Shown one piece after another: positions 1-11,503 of a DNA stretch of 64,000 bases. Positions within the stretch are counted from its first letter, which is position 1. Each line of letters starts with the position of its first letter. The notes beneath the pieces are model-generated. The model had not been told where the DNA came from, did not search any database, and saw only the letters and a program-made list of their open reading frames with translations. The translations under genes were made by a program, and so were the position numbers. This DNA comes from Pelagomonas calceolata (taxonomy: Eukaryota), in contig CAKKNE010000002.1 of NCBI GenBank assembly GCA_918797485.1, forward strand, positions 1,612,001 to 1,676,000, in the 5' to 3' direction.

Positions 1-1782
1 CAACGTGGCAACTAGTGGATCTTGACGTGTCCTGTGCGATCGGCGATCCCTTTGGCACGAAGAAGCCGTCCCTAGGCTACTGTCCGCCGGAGATGGCTCA
101 GACCTGTGTGGAAATCAACCAGTGCGTCGGGTGCACCCGACAATTCTTCACTAATTCATTTCTTGGCGACAACGCGGCCGTGCTGGCTCGGTCGAGCGGT
201 GAGGAACTTGCATCGCTACGCCATCGAGCAGGCGTCGCGTTGATGGCGTGGAGGCCGACGCGACGAGTCAGCACGAACGCGTCGTAAAATTTTGATTTAC
301 ACACAGGCTCAGACTATCCTCGACGCGATGGATGCCTCAGATCGGCTGGACACGGCCCTACTCAGCGCCTACACCGCGGACAAGGCCTACGACCTCTGGT
401 CGCTCGGCGTCGTTCTTTTTCATCTTGCCACAGGCACACCCCTGTGGAAGACCGATAAAAATGACGACACGTCCCCGAAAGGCCTGCGCAAGCTGGTCAA
501 GCGCTGCTTCGACCTCGATCGCAAACTGGCCGTCGCGGCGCCGCGCCCGACGGACGATTTCGATGGTGACCTCCAAATGCTGGCGTTCGACCTCATCCGC
601 AAGCTTCTGACGCCCGAGCCGGACGAGCGACTCAAGGCCTTCAAGGGGGCCACGCCAATGCGAGGCGTCCTGCAGCACGGCTTCTTTTCCAACGAGCGAG
701 GCGCGGCCGGGCGGGGAGACGCGGGCCGAGACGACGAGGTGATGAAAGTGTTCGCGGAGGTACGGGCGTCGCAGGCGCAAATCCTTCGGTCGGTCAACGC
801 CGTCCGAGACCTGGGCGAAGAACATCGAGACGAGCTCCGGGCGACGGGGAAGTCCCTGCGGAAGGCTATCTTTGAAGCCAGCGAGGTGAAGACACCGACC
901 GCCTTTGTTGTGCTCAAGGAGAAACTGCCTCCGCTGGAGGAGGACGAGCAGCTACGCGTGAAGGTCAAAGAGGATGGCGAAGTCGTGGCAGGTGGGGCGC
1001 TCCCCGACGAAGTGAACCACCGGGTAAAGCAGGCGAAGGCGTGGCTGAAATTCTGCAGCGAGTGCGTCGAAGGCGTCGCGGAGTGCTCTCCAAAGGCGAT
1101 CGCGGGGGCAGCGAAGGGCGCACCCGAGTGCGTCGAGGACCTTAAGAAAGCCGCCGGAGACCTACTGGTCGGCGAGGAGATGTGGTTCTACCTTATAGAC
1201 GAGCTCACCGGCGAGCCCGTGCGGAGCGCCGGCGGCGTCTACCCCATTCGCATCACCGAGCCCTCGGAGCTCGTCGGAAAACTGCTGCCGGTCATGCAGG
1301 TAGGGCTGCACGCCGCCACTCTCGTGAACGGCGTGTCAGGGGTGGTCCGCCTGTTCGGCTATCCGTTCCCGAGCGTGCCCGAGAAGTTGCGCGAGGGCGC
1401 GGAGCGCTCCGTCGAGGTGCTGAAACAGGAGAGCTCGGTTGAGAAGTTCGGGGCTATCCAAGAGCACGTCGAGACGCAAGACGAGCAGGCCACGAGCGTG
1501 CGCGGCGCGTCGCTCCGGGAGCTGGAGAAGTTCCTAGCAAAAGAGGACCCGCGCGGCACCTACGCCGGGCTCCAGAAAGTCGGCGACGATTCCGACGGCA
1601 CGGCCGTGTGGACGACGCTGACGGACCCCGAGGAGGTACAGGAGGCGCTCAAGACGCGCATAGCGAGTCGGCGCGCCGAGCGGCGTTTCCAGGAGGCGGC
1701 GTCGCTCGGAATGCTCCAGGCGAAGTTCGCGGCGAAGCTGCGCGACGCGGTGCAGGCGATGCGCGCGGAGGACGGTGTGTAA
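1..1782 (+). CDS. Ser/Thr protein kinase-like protein, 5' partial; join(<1..95,307..1782)
   Basis: Kinase C-lobe motifs GYCPPEM, YDLWSLGVVLFHLATG, DLIRKLL..P.ER; removing intron 96-306 joins PPEM to AQTIL in frame. Confidence 0.8.
96..306 (+). mobile_element. Introner family A (GC-AG intron); element 104-306
   Basis: TIR ctgtgtggaaatcaa...ttgatttacacacag; 8-bp TSD gctcagac at 96-103 and 307-314; closely similar to 57900-58101. Confidence 0.9.
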
Positions 1783-1803
1783 GACTGTGACATCACACAC
1801 AGA

Positions 1804-2646
1804 TTAAGCACCTAAGAACGCCGGCCCCTCGTCCCGCGCCTGGTCGCTCGCGAAGGAGCTCACGAACACCGTGTGCGCGTCCTCGTTGAGCGTCGCGTGC
1901 CACCAGCTCGGCGGAAAGTAGAGGACCTCGCCGGGCCCGAGGACGCAGTCGTGGCGCGGCCGCTTATGGGGAGGCAGCGTCGGCAGCACGTCGCGGACCC
2001 ACGCCGCCGTGGACACGTCCGGGTCGTGGCCCGGGGGCGGCGCGGCGGACGGCGAGTACAACAGCCAGCGCTTGCGGCCGTGGAGCACTTCCCCGAAGCC
2101 GGAGCCGTGAGTGTGATACGATACACCGGAATCGCGGCCCGCGACGCCGAACGAGGCCGCGAGGTTCGACGGCGCGCACCAGGCGCCGCCGCATTTCGGA
2201 AACTCGTACGAGGCGACGAGTTTAGCAAGCCGCGCGTCCGTCGGCGGCCCAAACAAGTAGTACGACTCGTTCGCGCGCCCGCCCGACGGCGTCGCCGCGA
2301 GGTATTCTGCCAGGGACGCCTCGACGGCGCCCTCGGAGAAGCTGTTCGAGCTCGTCAGGTGGACGCGCGCGTCGCCATGGTCCCGCAGCAGGGCCGCCCG
2401 CGCGGTCCGAATCCTTAACTCAGAGTTTGCGTGGAACGGAGCAAGTACCACCGGCTCCGGCGGCGGCCGCCTCCAGGTGAGCGCCGTGCTAATGGGTACG
2501 CGTCTCAGGCCGCAGGCGGGCCGGTCGTACTGTGATACGGCTACGGCTGCGCCCGCGAGTGCGAGCGCCACGAAAGTGGCGTCGCGCAGTGACGGTGCGT
2601 GCTCGGCCGGCGCGTGCAGGGCGCGGTCTTGCCGGCGTTTTGTCAT
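1804..2646 (-). CDS. JmjC/cupin-8 domain protein (JMJD8-like)
   Basis: FGVAGRDSGVSYHTHG, HGRKRWLLY, GPGEVLYFPPSWWHATLN; N-terminal hydrophobic stretch. Confidence 0.8.
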   Translation of the reverse strand: MTKRRQDRALHAPAEHAPSLRDATFVALALAGAAVAVSQYDRPACGLRRVPISTALTWRRPPPEPVVLAPFHANSELRIRTARAALLRDHGDARVHLTSSNSFSEGAVEASLAEYLAATPSGGRANESYYLFGPPTDARLAKLVASYEFPKCGGAWCAPSNLAASFGVAGRDSGVSYHTHGSGFGEVLHGRKRWLLYSPSAAPPPGHDPDVSTAAWVRDVLPTLPPHKRPRHDCVLGPGEVLYFPPSWWHATLNEDAHTVFVSSFASDQARDEGPAFLGA

Positions 2647-2809
2647 GTTGCTGCCAAGTCTGCCAGCAAGGTTGATTGGGGTACCGCACGTGTTGGAGTA
2701 AGGCTTCGATTGCAATCGTGATGTAAACTATGGAGTCGACGGTGACCTCTGGCGGCTCGTACGGGCAGAAACGCTGCAAATACGTCCGCCCAGGCGCGCG
2801 CAGCGCTAG

Positions 2810-2832
2810 CTAGCGTCATGTAAGACACTAGC
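2810..2832 (+). promoter_or_regulatory. Recurrent promoter-proximal motif CTAGCG-N-TAAGACACTAGC (copy 1)
   Basis: ctagcgtcatgtaagacactagc between divergent genes. Confidence 0.65.
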
Positions 2833-2887
2833 ACATAAAGCCGCTTCGCAGCCCGGCAGCCGAGGCTGCCCCAAAGACGCAGGACCC

Positions 2888-4780
2888 ATGTCAGACGAGG
2901 AGGACGCCGTGGAGGCCCTCCTCGACGAGCTGGCCGAGGCCCCGCCGGACGACGCCCTCGACGCCGCCGCGGAGCGGCTGGCCGAGGACGCCCTGGCGGC
3001 GGCGTGCGCGGAACAGCTCGCGGACGCGGCCGCGCGCGACGTCGTGAACGAAGCGGTGATTGACGCGGCCGCGGCCTGTATTGTCGAGAACGCCATCAAA
3101 ACAGCGGGGAACGAGATCGACGCGGCCGACGAGGCGCTCGCCGCGAGCGCGACCGAATTGTTAATCGAGCACGCGATCATTGATGCTGCGGCCGAGACCG
3201 ATGATCAAGACGATCGCACGTCGAGCGACACCGTGGCCCGGGTCCAAACGGAGGTCGCGACGACGATAATAGAAGGCGCCATTGATACTTTGAAGGACGA
3301 CGACACGTTGAAGGAGGCCTTCATGGAAGCGGTCGACGAGAGAGCGGCGATGATTGCATCACACGCAATAGAGGCGGCTCGAGACCAGCTCGCCGCGGAC
3401 GCGCAAATGGCCCACGAGGCCGAGGTCGCCGAGCGCGCCGCGCGCGAGTCCGAGCGCGCCGCCGGCTTCAGCCTGCTGTCCTCCCAGCTCGCGGACCTGG
3501 GCAGCCTCATGTCCGGCATTTTGGGCCGGACCGACGCCGACGTCGCGGCGGCGTTCCCCGAGCCGGAAACCGTGGCCGCGGACGACGGCAACGCGCCCGA
3601 GCTCGACGCGCCGTCGCCGGCGGGCGACCTGGCCACTCGTTTAGCTGATCTGGACGAGACGGTCTCATCGATGGGAGCGAAGGACGCGGACGAGGACCTC
3701 CCGAAGGACCTCGTCGAGCAGGAACAAGCATTGGCGGGCCTCCGGGCGCGCCTCGAGCACGCGCGCCTCGAGGGCGCGCGGCTCCGCGCGCTCGCCGAGA
3801 CGTCGCCGCCCGCGACGGCCGAGCCACACAACGACGAGGACGCGTCGGACGGCGACGCCGCGCCGAGCCACGCGGACCTCGCGCGGTTGGTGGATGAGGC
3901 GCGCGAGGCGCTCGAGGGCACGCGCACCGCGCCGTCGGATCTGACGCAGCCGCAGCCCGCGGCGCCCCTCTTCGGCGGCTCGGCCGAGCCGCCGCCGCCG
4001 CCGACGCCCGTCGCCGGCAGCGCGGCGACGCTCTTCGCGCCGGCGCTGCCCCAGGGCCCCGAGGTGCTGGGCCGCTTCGACCGCCTCAAGTCGCAGCTCT
4101 CGGACCTCGGCGATAGCGTGGCAAACCTCGCCGACGGGCGCCGGCCGCCCGCCACCGCGCCGGCCGCCGTCCTCGTGCCCGCGGCGCAGCCGCCGGAGCC
4201 CGCACCTCCCATCGAGCAGCCTCCGGTGGCGGCGGCGCCGCGGCCGCCGCCGGCGTCGTACGGCTTCGCCGCCCGCGAGCCGGGCTTCCTCGCGCCGCGG
4301 CGCGTCGAGGGCGCGCCCGCGATCCTCTCGCCCGCGGGCACCACGCGGCTCGGCGGCTTCCGCGGGCCCGAGGCGCCGGAGTACGCCGCGTCGCCGCACT
4401 CCGTCGCGGGCGATTATTTTGCGGGCGACTACGCGCACGACGCCGCCGCGCCCGAGTCCGAGGTCTACCTGCCGACGCCCGCGGGCCCGGCGACGTACCG
4501 CGAGGCGCCCGCCGAGCCAACGTTCGAGGCGCCCGCCGAGCCGCCCGTCACGTGGCACGCGCAGCCGCTCATTTTGCCGCCGCCGCCGACGGCGCCCGCG
4601 ACGCCGCAGCCGCTCCAGTACACGGTCCCGGCGCCGCCGCCGGGGCACGTCGCCATCCCGGGGCTGGACCTCGTCGACGACACGCGGCCGGGCATGCCGC
4701 GCTTCGGCTACGCGTACGACGACCGGAACGCGGCGCCGGATGCGCCGCCGGAGTTCATCCGGGACGCGGACGACATATAG
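2888..4780 (+). CDS. Hypothetical acidic Ala/Pro-rich protein
   Basis: 630-aa ORF with GC-ending codons; no recognised domain. Confidence 0.7.
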   Translation: MSDEEDAVEALLDELAEAPPDDALDAAAERLAEDALAAACAEQLADAAARDVVNEAVIDAAAACIVENAIKTAGNEIDAADEALAASATELLIEHAIIDAAAETDDQDDRTSSDTVARVQTEVATTIIEGAIDTLKDDDTLKEAFMEAVDERAAMIASHAIEAARDQLAADAQMAHEAEVAERAARESERAAGFSLLSSQLADLGSLMSGILGRTDADVAAAFPEPETVAADDGNAPELDAPSPAGDLATRLADLDETVSSMGAKDADEDLPKDLVEQEQALAGLRARLEHARLEGARLRALAETSPPATAEPHNDEDASDGDAAPSHADLARLVDEAREALEGTRTAPSDLTQPQPAAPLFGGSAEPPPPPTPVAGSAATLFAPALPQGPEVLGRFDRLKSQLSDLGDSVANLADGRRPPATAPAAVLVPAAQPPEPAPPIEQPPVAAAPRPPPASYGFAAREPGFLAPRRVEGAPAILSPAGTTRLGGFRGPEAPEYAASPHSVAGDYFAGDYAHDAAAPESEVYLPTPAGPATYREAPAEPTFEAPAEPPVTWHAQPLILPPPPTAPATPQPLQYTVPAPPPGHVAIPGLDLVDDTRPGMPRFGYAYDDRNAAPDAPPEFIRDADDI

Positions 4781-5102
4781 TTTTGCTCTTGTTTTTACTA
4801 CGTCCCACTGCCGCCATCGCCGCGTCTGCTCGATGGCGTGGAGCTTCAACGCCATCGACGCGTTCCCTAGTGTGTTGATGAGCTAGGTCTGCAAGCCGGA
4901 GGCGGCAAAAAAAGGCAACCTAGCTCGCTTGCTGACCTCGGGAAACTGCAAGAGTGCAGCATTGATGCACAGCGCTGGTCTTCACTCAACGGTTGCAGCA
5001 CTGGATCCAGTTTAGGTGATTTCACCAGCCAGCAGCCTAGTATTGCAGTGCCGCAGTCCCGACGCGAGCGCGGTCCCGACGCGAAGGGCTACGCAGCATA
5101 CC

Positions 5103-5780
5103 ATGTCAGCCCTCGACAACAATGCAAACGACAGCGACAGCAGCGACGGCGTCCCCGAAATCGGCCTCGACGCGCTCCGGCCCGAGGCGCTGGCCGCGCT
5201 GCTGAGCGTCAAGCAGGCGCGGGAGACCGCATCAATGGATACGACGGCGCTGCCCGACGATTTTGGGATGAGCCAGTTCTGGTACACGGACGCGTGCGCG
5301 GATGCATTAGCGGCGGCGGTGCGCGACCGCGGCCGCGTCGCCGTCGTGAGCTGTCCGACGGCGCACCGCGCGCTCTGCCGCGCGGGTGATGGGGAGAGCG
5401 TCCTCTTCGAGTTCGACGCCCGCTGCGGTGTTAATTTAGGCGACCGCTTCTGCCGGTATGATTTTACCGAGGACTTCCATACAAAAATTCCGAGTCACTT
5501 CGAAGGGTCTTTTGACGTCGTCGTTCTGGACCCGCCCTACGTGTCGCGGGACTGCTTGGAGGCGTTTTGGAGTTTTGCCGCGTGGTTAAGTAGAGGCGCC
5601 GCGGCCAAGGTCGTCCTGACCTCGGTCGTGAACCGGCCCTGGCTGCGCGCGGACTGGGGCCTCGCGCTGACGGATTTTGAATTGCGCTTCACGTCGAAGC
5701 TGTGCACGCCGCTCCGGGCGTTCACGGACTGTGAGGAGGTCGCGAAACGTTTGGGAGGATTTGCGCCGCCGGAGGACTAG
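5103..5780 (+). CDS. EEF1AKMT1: eEF1A lysine methyltransferase 1 (N6AMT2 family)
   Basis: DDFGMSQFWY, VAVVSCPT, LFEFD, VVVLDPPY motifs. Confidence 0.85.
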   Translation: MSALDNNANDSDSSDGVPEIGLDALRPEALAALLSVKQARETASMDTTALPDDFGMSQFWYTDACADALAAAVRDRGRVAVVSCPTAHRALCRAGDGESVLFEFDARCGVNLGDRFCRYDFTEDFHTKIPSHFEGSFDVVVLDPPYVSRDCLEAFWSFAAWLSRGAAAKVVLTSVVNRPWLRADWGLALTDFELRFTSKLCTPLRAFTDCEEVAKRLGGFAPPED

Positions 5781-5791
5781 TTTAACAACAA

Positions 5792-6886
5792 TTACCCACT
5801 ACCGGACCTATCCCGCGAGGCCTGGACGAGCGAATCCTCGGAGACCTGGGGCGGCGACACCTGGACGTCGCAGCCTATCTCCGCAAACTTCTCCGCGAGG
5901 TCCCCGCGCAGGGACCTCGGATCAATGCGCGTGCCGCAGAGGAGCAGGCGTTTGAGGGAGACGCAGTTGACCAGCGACGGCGGCAGCGCTCCCCTCAAAT
6001 TCGCGTTGTCGTGTAACAGTATCAATTCGAGCTTCGTGCAGTCGCCGAGCTCGTCCGGTAACTTGCCCGACAACCGGTTCCGCTGGGCGCAGAGCTCTTC
6101 CAGATTTTCCATGACACCAATGTTCACGGGGCCGAACAGGTTGTTGTCTTCCAGTCTCAAAACTCGCAACTGTTTACAGTACACCAAATCTGATGGAATG
6201 GCGCCCTCCAAGTCATTCTCCGCCAGATCTAAATGTTCCAAGGCGACCATATTCCCAATATCGCCCGGGATATTTCCCGACAGGGCGTTGCCTCTTAGGT
6301 TAAGAACGACGCACGTCCGCAAAACCGCCAAACCTCGGGGACCGGGCAGCGGTCCTTCCAACCCATGTCTTACGAGTTCGAGCTTGCACACGGCCCCGTC
6401 GACCCAGGTCACGCCCCGTCTGGGCTTGAACTCGAGATCTTTCCCGCAGAGCTTCTCGAGCGGATCATCAACATCGTCGTGCTCGTCCAGATTCAACTTG
6501 GGCGGCGGCGGCCGCCAGCCCTCGTCCGCGACCCAGCGCCCGAGCCGCCCGCCCGTGGAGCCCCAGAACTCGCGCAGTCCAAAAACCTGCCTCTCGTCGG
6601 GGCACAGCCTACTTTCCCAGGGGTCCCACCACGGCGGCCGCTCGACGTCCGCCGCCGTCGACTTCGACGCGATCGAGGCCGTGGGCGAGGCCGACCGCGA
6701 CGCCGACCGCCCGCGGCTCCGCGACGAGCGTCCCGAGGACGCCGAGCCCGACCGCGCGCTCCGCGAGCCGTGCGGCGACGGCGTGCGGCGGCGGCTCCTT
6801 GACGATCTTCCGGAGGAGGCCGAGCCGGACCGGCCCGAGTCCGTGCGGCGGAGGCGCCGCGTCGGCGTGCGCGGCGGGGTGCTCAT
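5792..6886 (-). CDS. Leucine-rich repeat protein with Ser/Arg-rich N-terminus
   Basis: Plant-type LRRs such as LNLRGNALSGNIP and LDLAENDLEGAIP. Confidence 0.85.
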   Translation of the reverse strand: MSTPPRTPTRRLRRTDSGRSGSASSGRSSRSRRRTPSPHGSRSARSGSASSGRSSRSRGRSASRSASPTASIASKSTAADVERPPWWDPWESRLCPDERQVFGLREFWGSTGGRLGRWVADEGWRPPPPKLNLDEHDDVDDPLEKLCGKDLEFKPRRGVTWVDGAVCKLELVRHGLEGPLPGPRGLAVLRTCVVLNLRGNALSGNIPGDIGNMVALEHLDLAENDLEGAIPSDLVYCKQLRVLRLEDNNLFGPVNIGVMENLEELCAQRNRLSGKLPDELGDCTKLELILLHDNANLRGALPPSLVNCVSLKRLLLCGTRIDPRSLRGDLAEKFAEIGCDVQVSPPQVSEDSLVQASRDRSGSG

Positions 6887-7285
6887 CGGCTGTTTTGGTC
6901 ACTTCCGCGCCGTTTTCCGCGCGGGAAGCTGGGCGGGCCTCGTGGCTGCCTTCGTTGATGTCTTGCACGCGGACTGGCGGTCCGTCGCTACGCGCGGGCT
7001 GCCTTCGCGGCGGCAGCGGCGCTGCGCAGGGTCGGGTTTTGCCGGCGTTGTCCCGGCGGATTGGGCCCTGGACGCGCCGGGCGCGGCGGCTGGTCTCCGG
7101 AGCAGCATCAAGGAGGCCCCCACGCGACGTTCGAAAGCTGCACGGGTCGGCCGCGTACCGCTCACCAGGTGCTGGGGGCTGCCCACGAGATTGGCAGGTA
7201 CGGCTCGTAGGACGCCGCGGCGGGGCCACACGGGCCGCGGACGGTTCCTACGGGCCCACACCCGTAGAGGGGGCAGCCGGAGACG

Positions 7286-10211
7286 ATGGCGCTCCGCGCC
7301 CTCGTCCTCGTCGCGAGCCTCCGGCCCACGCTCCAACAGGGCAAGGAGGAGGACCCGAACATCCTGGGGCGCATCGAGCTCGAGACGACGCAGGTCGAGC
7401 CCGTCAACGTGCGCGCGCTATGCTTCGAGGGTTTGGGGCAGCAATTGCCAGAAACCAGCTGCACGATGCTCGATCCCCGTACTTGTACCAAAATTGATAG
7501 CAAAGGCCGAGAAACCTGGGATGAAGATACATGCGACACGCTCCCAAAAGGCTCACCAATTTTCATGGAACGAAGCCCGGGCTGGAACGCCGCCGTTCAA
7601 TCCACGCCGGCCGGCGAGTCGGCCATGCTGTGTCTCCAGTGCTGCAATTCTATAGTACTAGAACCCTGCACGTCGAAAAACGGCAAACGACGGAAATGCA
7701 AGCAGAGCGAGGGCGTGAACGAGTACTGGCCCTTTCGGTGCCAGATCCCGCCGCGGCCGACGGGCGACGCGATGCGCAATATGCTACTCCGAGACTTCTA
7801 CGGCTACGAATTTAGGTTTGCGCGGAACCAGGGGAACCGGGCCATGGGCGTGCCGCACTACGACGACAAGCAGGTGGTCAAGTGCGCGTTGCCGCGCATG
7901 GGCTGCCAGTACGAGTACCCACGCGGGGTCTCGTACCAAGAAGCGCGCGTCAAACGGACGCCGGAAACGACCATCGACCCGCACCCGGGCTACGGCGATC
8001 CGACGTACGAAATCCCCGAGTGCTGCACGGACAAGGTGATCCAGGCTGGGAGGGGCCCCGCGAAGCATGTTGAGAGCGGGTGCACCTACGACGCGCGGTG
8101 CATGTCCTCCCAGGTCTTTGAGCGGGGTTTGCAATCGTGGATCAACGTCGCCGAAGCGAGTGCGTTGATGGACCTGCCCGTCCCATCACCTCCCGGCAGG
8201 GTCAAGCTCTGGGAGGCCGCGGTGGCCGCCGTCGCCGCGGCCGAGGAGGCCGAGGCCGCCGTTGTTGTGGATCGGGCGATCTGTTCCAGTAATACAACCA
8301 CCACAACCGAGGAGCAGGCGCTCTGCAGCGACCTCGCGACGAAGCAGCGCGCCGTCGAGAAGGCTAGGGACCACGAGAATCTCGCTCGATTGCATCGCGA
8401 CCGGCGGGACCTCGCCTGTTCGTCGACGGCGAACTCCTTCGAGGAGTCTGACGACTTCGGGTGGAAGCAGAAGGATGCATTTAATCGGACGGAGTACAAG
8501 TGCCGGTTGCCCGGTTCTGTGTATCGGGGCGAAGGCCCTTACGGTTTACCGGACGGTTCCGGATCCCCGACCGATAAATTAGCGAAGAAGTACGACAATC
8601 CCGCCAACGTCAGTGACTCAGTGTCTGTTTCTGACGTTTTCTGAACTTCAAGTTCGCGTCGACGGCGTCGTCGCGATGCCACTTCGCGTCGATGGCGTCG
8701 TGATGATCACATGAGAGTCTACGCGTCTCGTGAGTGAACGGAGACAGTTTCGCGACGGTGTCCGTTCCACACAGGCGAGGGACGCGTACCTCGACGGCGT
8801 GCGGAGTCGCGAATTGGAGTCCTCATGTAATTACAGAGACAGCCGCGACCGAGAACGCGGTAGCTACTTCCTGAAGGGCTACGACCTCACAATCTTCGTC
8901 GAAGAAAAAAGTTCGAACACGTACGGCTTCTGGAAGAGCGTCGTGGGCTGCCACGCGGAAACTACCGAAGTAGAACAGTTGTACGTCGACGGCGACATCT
9001 CCCAGGAGACGCCGGACGAGTCCCAGTACTTCCAGCGCATCAAGCTGCGACAGATGTATTCCGCGAGCTACGATTTTACGTATCACGACCAGGGCCTGCC
9101 CTTCATCATTATTGGGGTTGGCGTGTTTTTATTTATTGTCAGTAGGATCGTGCAGTGTATTAGAGATGAGCCCTGTCCCACCTGTGGCACTCGCTTGATT
9201 CTAGCGGGTCTGTCGGAACTCGCACCGTATCCCTTAGATAAGCGGCAATGTGCTCTATGCAGATTTTATGGCGCGGAGATGCCGGATCCGGTGTTGTTAG
9301 CTAGAATGAAAGCTAGATCAAAGTTCGTGCACGGCCGGGGCTTCTGCGAATACATCACCAGTCCACCAGGCGGGCGACCGAAGGGCTATTTTGGATGGTG
9401 TCGGTTATATGTATACAGATGTATCCGGGCGTCCATCATCATGCTGGCCTACGGGATCTACTATACGCTGCGATATATATTCGTACTTTTACTTATTATA
9501 GGAGACGCTTTATTACATTTCGGCGCACGATGTATCCTTCGTAGGAGGAGAGGCCCGGGGCCCGTGTGCTTACGAACGTTTATCCCGCGCGAGGAGGACA
9601 TTGTTGATGAAGATCCGCCCGTGCCCACCAAAATTTATGTCGCAGAACCGGCATTACGGTGCGAGAACTCGTTCCTGGCGTTAACACGACCCGTGCCCAA
9701 CGCTGAAAGGAGGATGGTCACGAAGGAACAAGCCTATGTCAGAAGGCAGAGAGCGGAGAGAAGGAAGAAGAAAATTGTACGAAAACGGGAACGCTTGCAA
9801 TACGCCATGCGCTACCTCGGCGCGAACTCCGAGAAAGATCAAGCGCAGCTGGCCAAATTGGATGCGGTGGTGGCGCACTTGGACGACGAGATCGAGAAGG
9901 CCAGAGTTGCGGAGGCCGACGACATCCTTTCCGTCAAGGAGGACGTCGAGGCGCCCTTAGCGTTGGAGGAGACGAAGGAACCAGGTCAAGCGGGGTTCGA
10001 CGCCGTGCGCGCCGTCTCCCGCTTTGCGGATCCTGCTCCCGAGCCGGAGGAGGAGCCGTCGCCTCCTGAAGAAGAACCCGAGAAGACGCCCAAAAAGTTC
10101 GCCGTCGCCTCCGAGAAAGGTGTGGGCGCCGGCGTCGCCCTCTTCCTGCAGAAGGAGCAGCCGGAGTTCGTCAACGGCGTACGGGTCCGGGCGCCGAAGA
10201 AGGATAAATAA
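7286..10211 (+). CDS. Cys-rich membrane protein with signal peptide; join(7286..8608,8775..10211)
   Basis: Signal-like N-terminus and two hydrophobic segments; phase-0 intron 8609-8774 joins the two ORFs. Confidence 0.65.
8609..8774 (+). mobile_element. Introner-like intron, family B
   Basis: GT...ccacacag; shares tgactcag.gtctgtttc and gtgagtgaacggagacagtttcg.gacggtgtc with intron 14550-14714. Confidence 0.8.
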
Positions 10212-10227
10212 TACGTGTGTTAACAAC

Positions 10228-11175
10228 CTACCACAGGGGCCGCAGCGCGTAGACCTCGGCGTCGTCCACGGAAAAGTCGCCCTCCTCCAAACCGTGCAAA
10301 CGAGGACTCCCAAAGGGCTCGGAAGCGTCCGACCAGCCCGCGGCGAGGTCCGCGTCGATACGAAAAGCGGCGCCGCCCGTCGCCGCATCCAAACCGACCG
10401 CGAGGTAGCTTTGTGTGCGCTTGCAGTTGATGAAGCCGGAGTCGGGGCGCGCAACCAACGGAAACGCCCGCTCGCCGCAAAACAAACCAACGTCGATGCG
10501 CCTCCTCCCATTCACCGTCGGCACCCGTCCTAGAAAGCACCCAAACACCTCACCACAGGCCTCGACGACGACAACAACAGGCGTGCGCCCGTCGAACTTC
10601 TGCAGCGCTCGATCCAAATCGTAGCCGTCCTCGGACGCTTGGTGTATCACCTCGAGCGTCCTTTCATGGAGCGTCTCGGGTACTATGGAAGCAATAGCGG
10701 CTCGTCTTTGAACAGAGGCGAGGAGGCGCCCCTTCGTGATCTGGAGCGGCTCCGGTTCTCGCGAAGGCGGCGGCTCGGAGGCTCTCCGGCCCCGATGTAA
10801 CGGCAATCTTTTAAACTTCGTGCCGTCCACATAAAGCGCCGGCCGGACGCCCCGATATAGTTTTGATTCTACCCTCACATCAAGGGTGTGGGCCCCGGGC
10901 AGCGTTATCGAGTGCGACCGCTTGAAGCCTTGGACTCGTTCGCCGTCGACCGTGAGCGTCCGCTTGCCGCTCCACTTGCTCAGGTCCACAATAACTTCGT
11001 GGAGGCGGCTGCCGATCGCGAAGCTGTACGTGTGCTTCGTCTTCGAGGCGGAGACGCGCTTGCCGACCGAGTCCTGCCTTTTCATCACGGCGCGCGGCGT
11101 CGCGGCGCGCAGCTCGGCGTCCGACGCCACCGCGTCGCTCTTCACCGAGGCGCCGCAGGCGTCCACCAGGTCCAT
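10228..11175 (-). CDS. TLDc domain protein
   Basis: GEVFGCF, YLAVG...AAFRIDADLAAGWS.ASEPFGSP.L, FSVDDAEVY. Confidence 0.8.
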   Translation of the reverse strand: MDLVDACGASVKSDAVASDAELRAATPRAVMKRQDSVGKRVSASKTKHTYSFAIGSRLHEVIVDLSKWSGKRTLTVDGERVQGFKRSHSITLPGAHTLDVRVESKLYRGVRPALYVDGTKFKRLPLHRGRRASEPPPSREPEPLQITKGRLLASVQRRAAIASIVPETLHERTLEVIHQASEDGYDLDRALQKFDGRTPVVVVVEACGEVFGCFLGRVPTVNGRRRIDVGLFCGERAFPLVARPDSGFINCKRTQSYLAVGLDAATGGAAFRIDADLAAGWSDASEPFGSPRLHGLEEGDFSVDDAEVYALRPLW

Positions 11176-11337
11176 AATGCAGCCTGATTTGCTCTCCAAG
11201 GTGTACTGGAGTTACTGCACCAAACGAGCTGTCGCAGCGATGAAAACGCAACGTTTCTGGTGCGAAGACGTACTTGGAGCAGCGATTCTTGCCCAATGGG
11301 CAGTGCTACGCCCGCGCGGCGCTTGCTCAGCTCGATT

Positions 11338-11361
11338 GCTAGTGCCTTACAAGCCCGCTAG
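11338..11361 (-). promoter_or_regulatory. Promoter-proximal CTAG motif (copy 2)
   Basis: Reverse complement ctagcgggcttgtaaggcactagc between TLDc and the Thg1-PAZ gene. Confidence 0.55.
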
Positions 11362-11503
11362 CTCTGCCTGTGCCGCCCGCGAGCCGTGCGATGCAACAGA
11401 GGACAAGATCGCACTGTTGTGCATCGCTTACAGCCCCCGTGAAGCATCGTGACTGAGCGCCGAAGTTACAACGCATCACTGCGAGAGCTGCGATTAGCAC
11501 AGC

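Noticed and set aside
2810..2832. CTAG motif as a transposon footprint
   Set aside because: No shared flanking sequence or TSD among copies, and the position is consistently upstream of genes
5925..7655. Long antisense or alternative-frame ORFs (also 3205-4344, 17991-19355, 32564-34282)
   Set aside because: Shadow ORFs from high GC and codon bias, opposite genes with recognisable motifs
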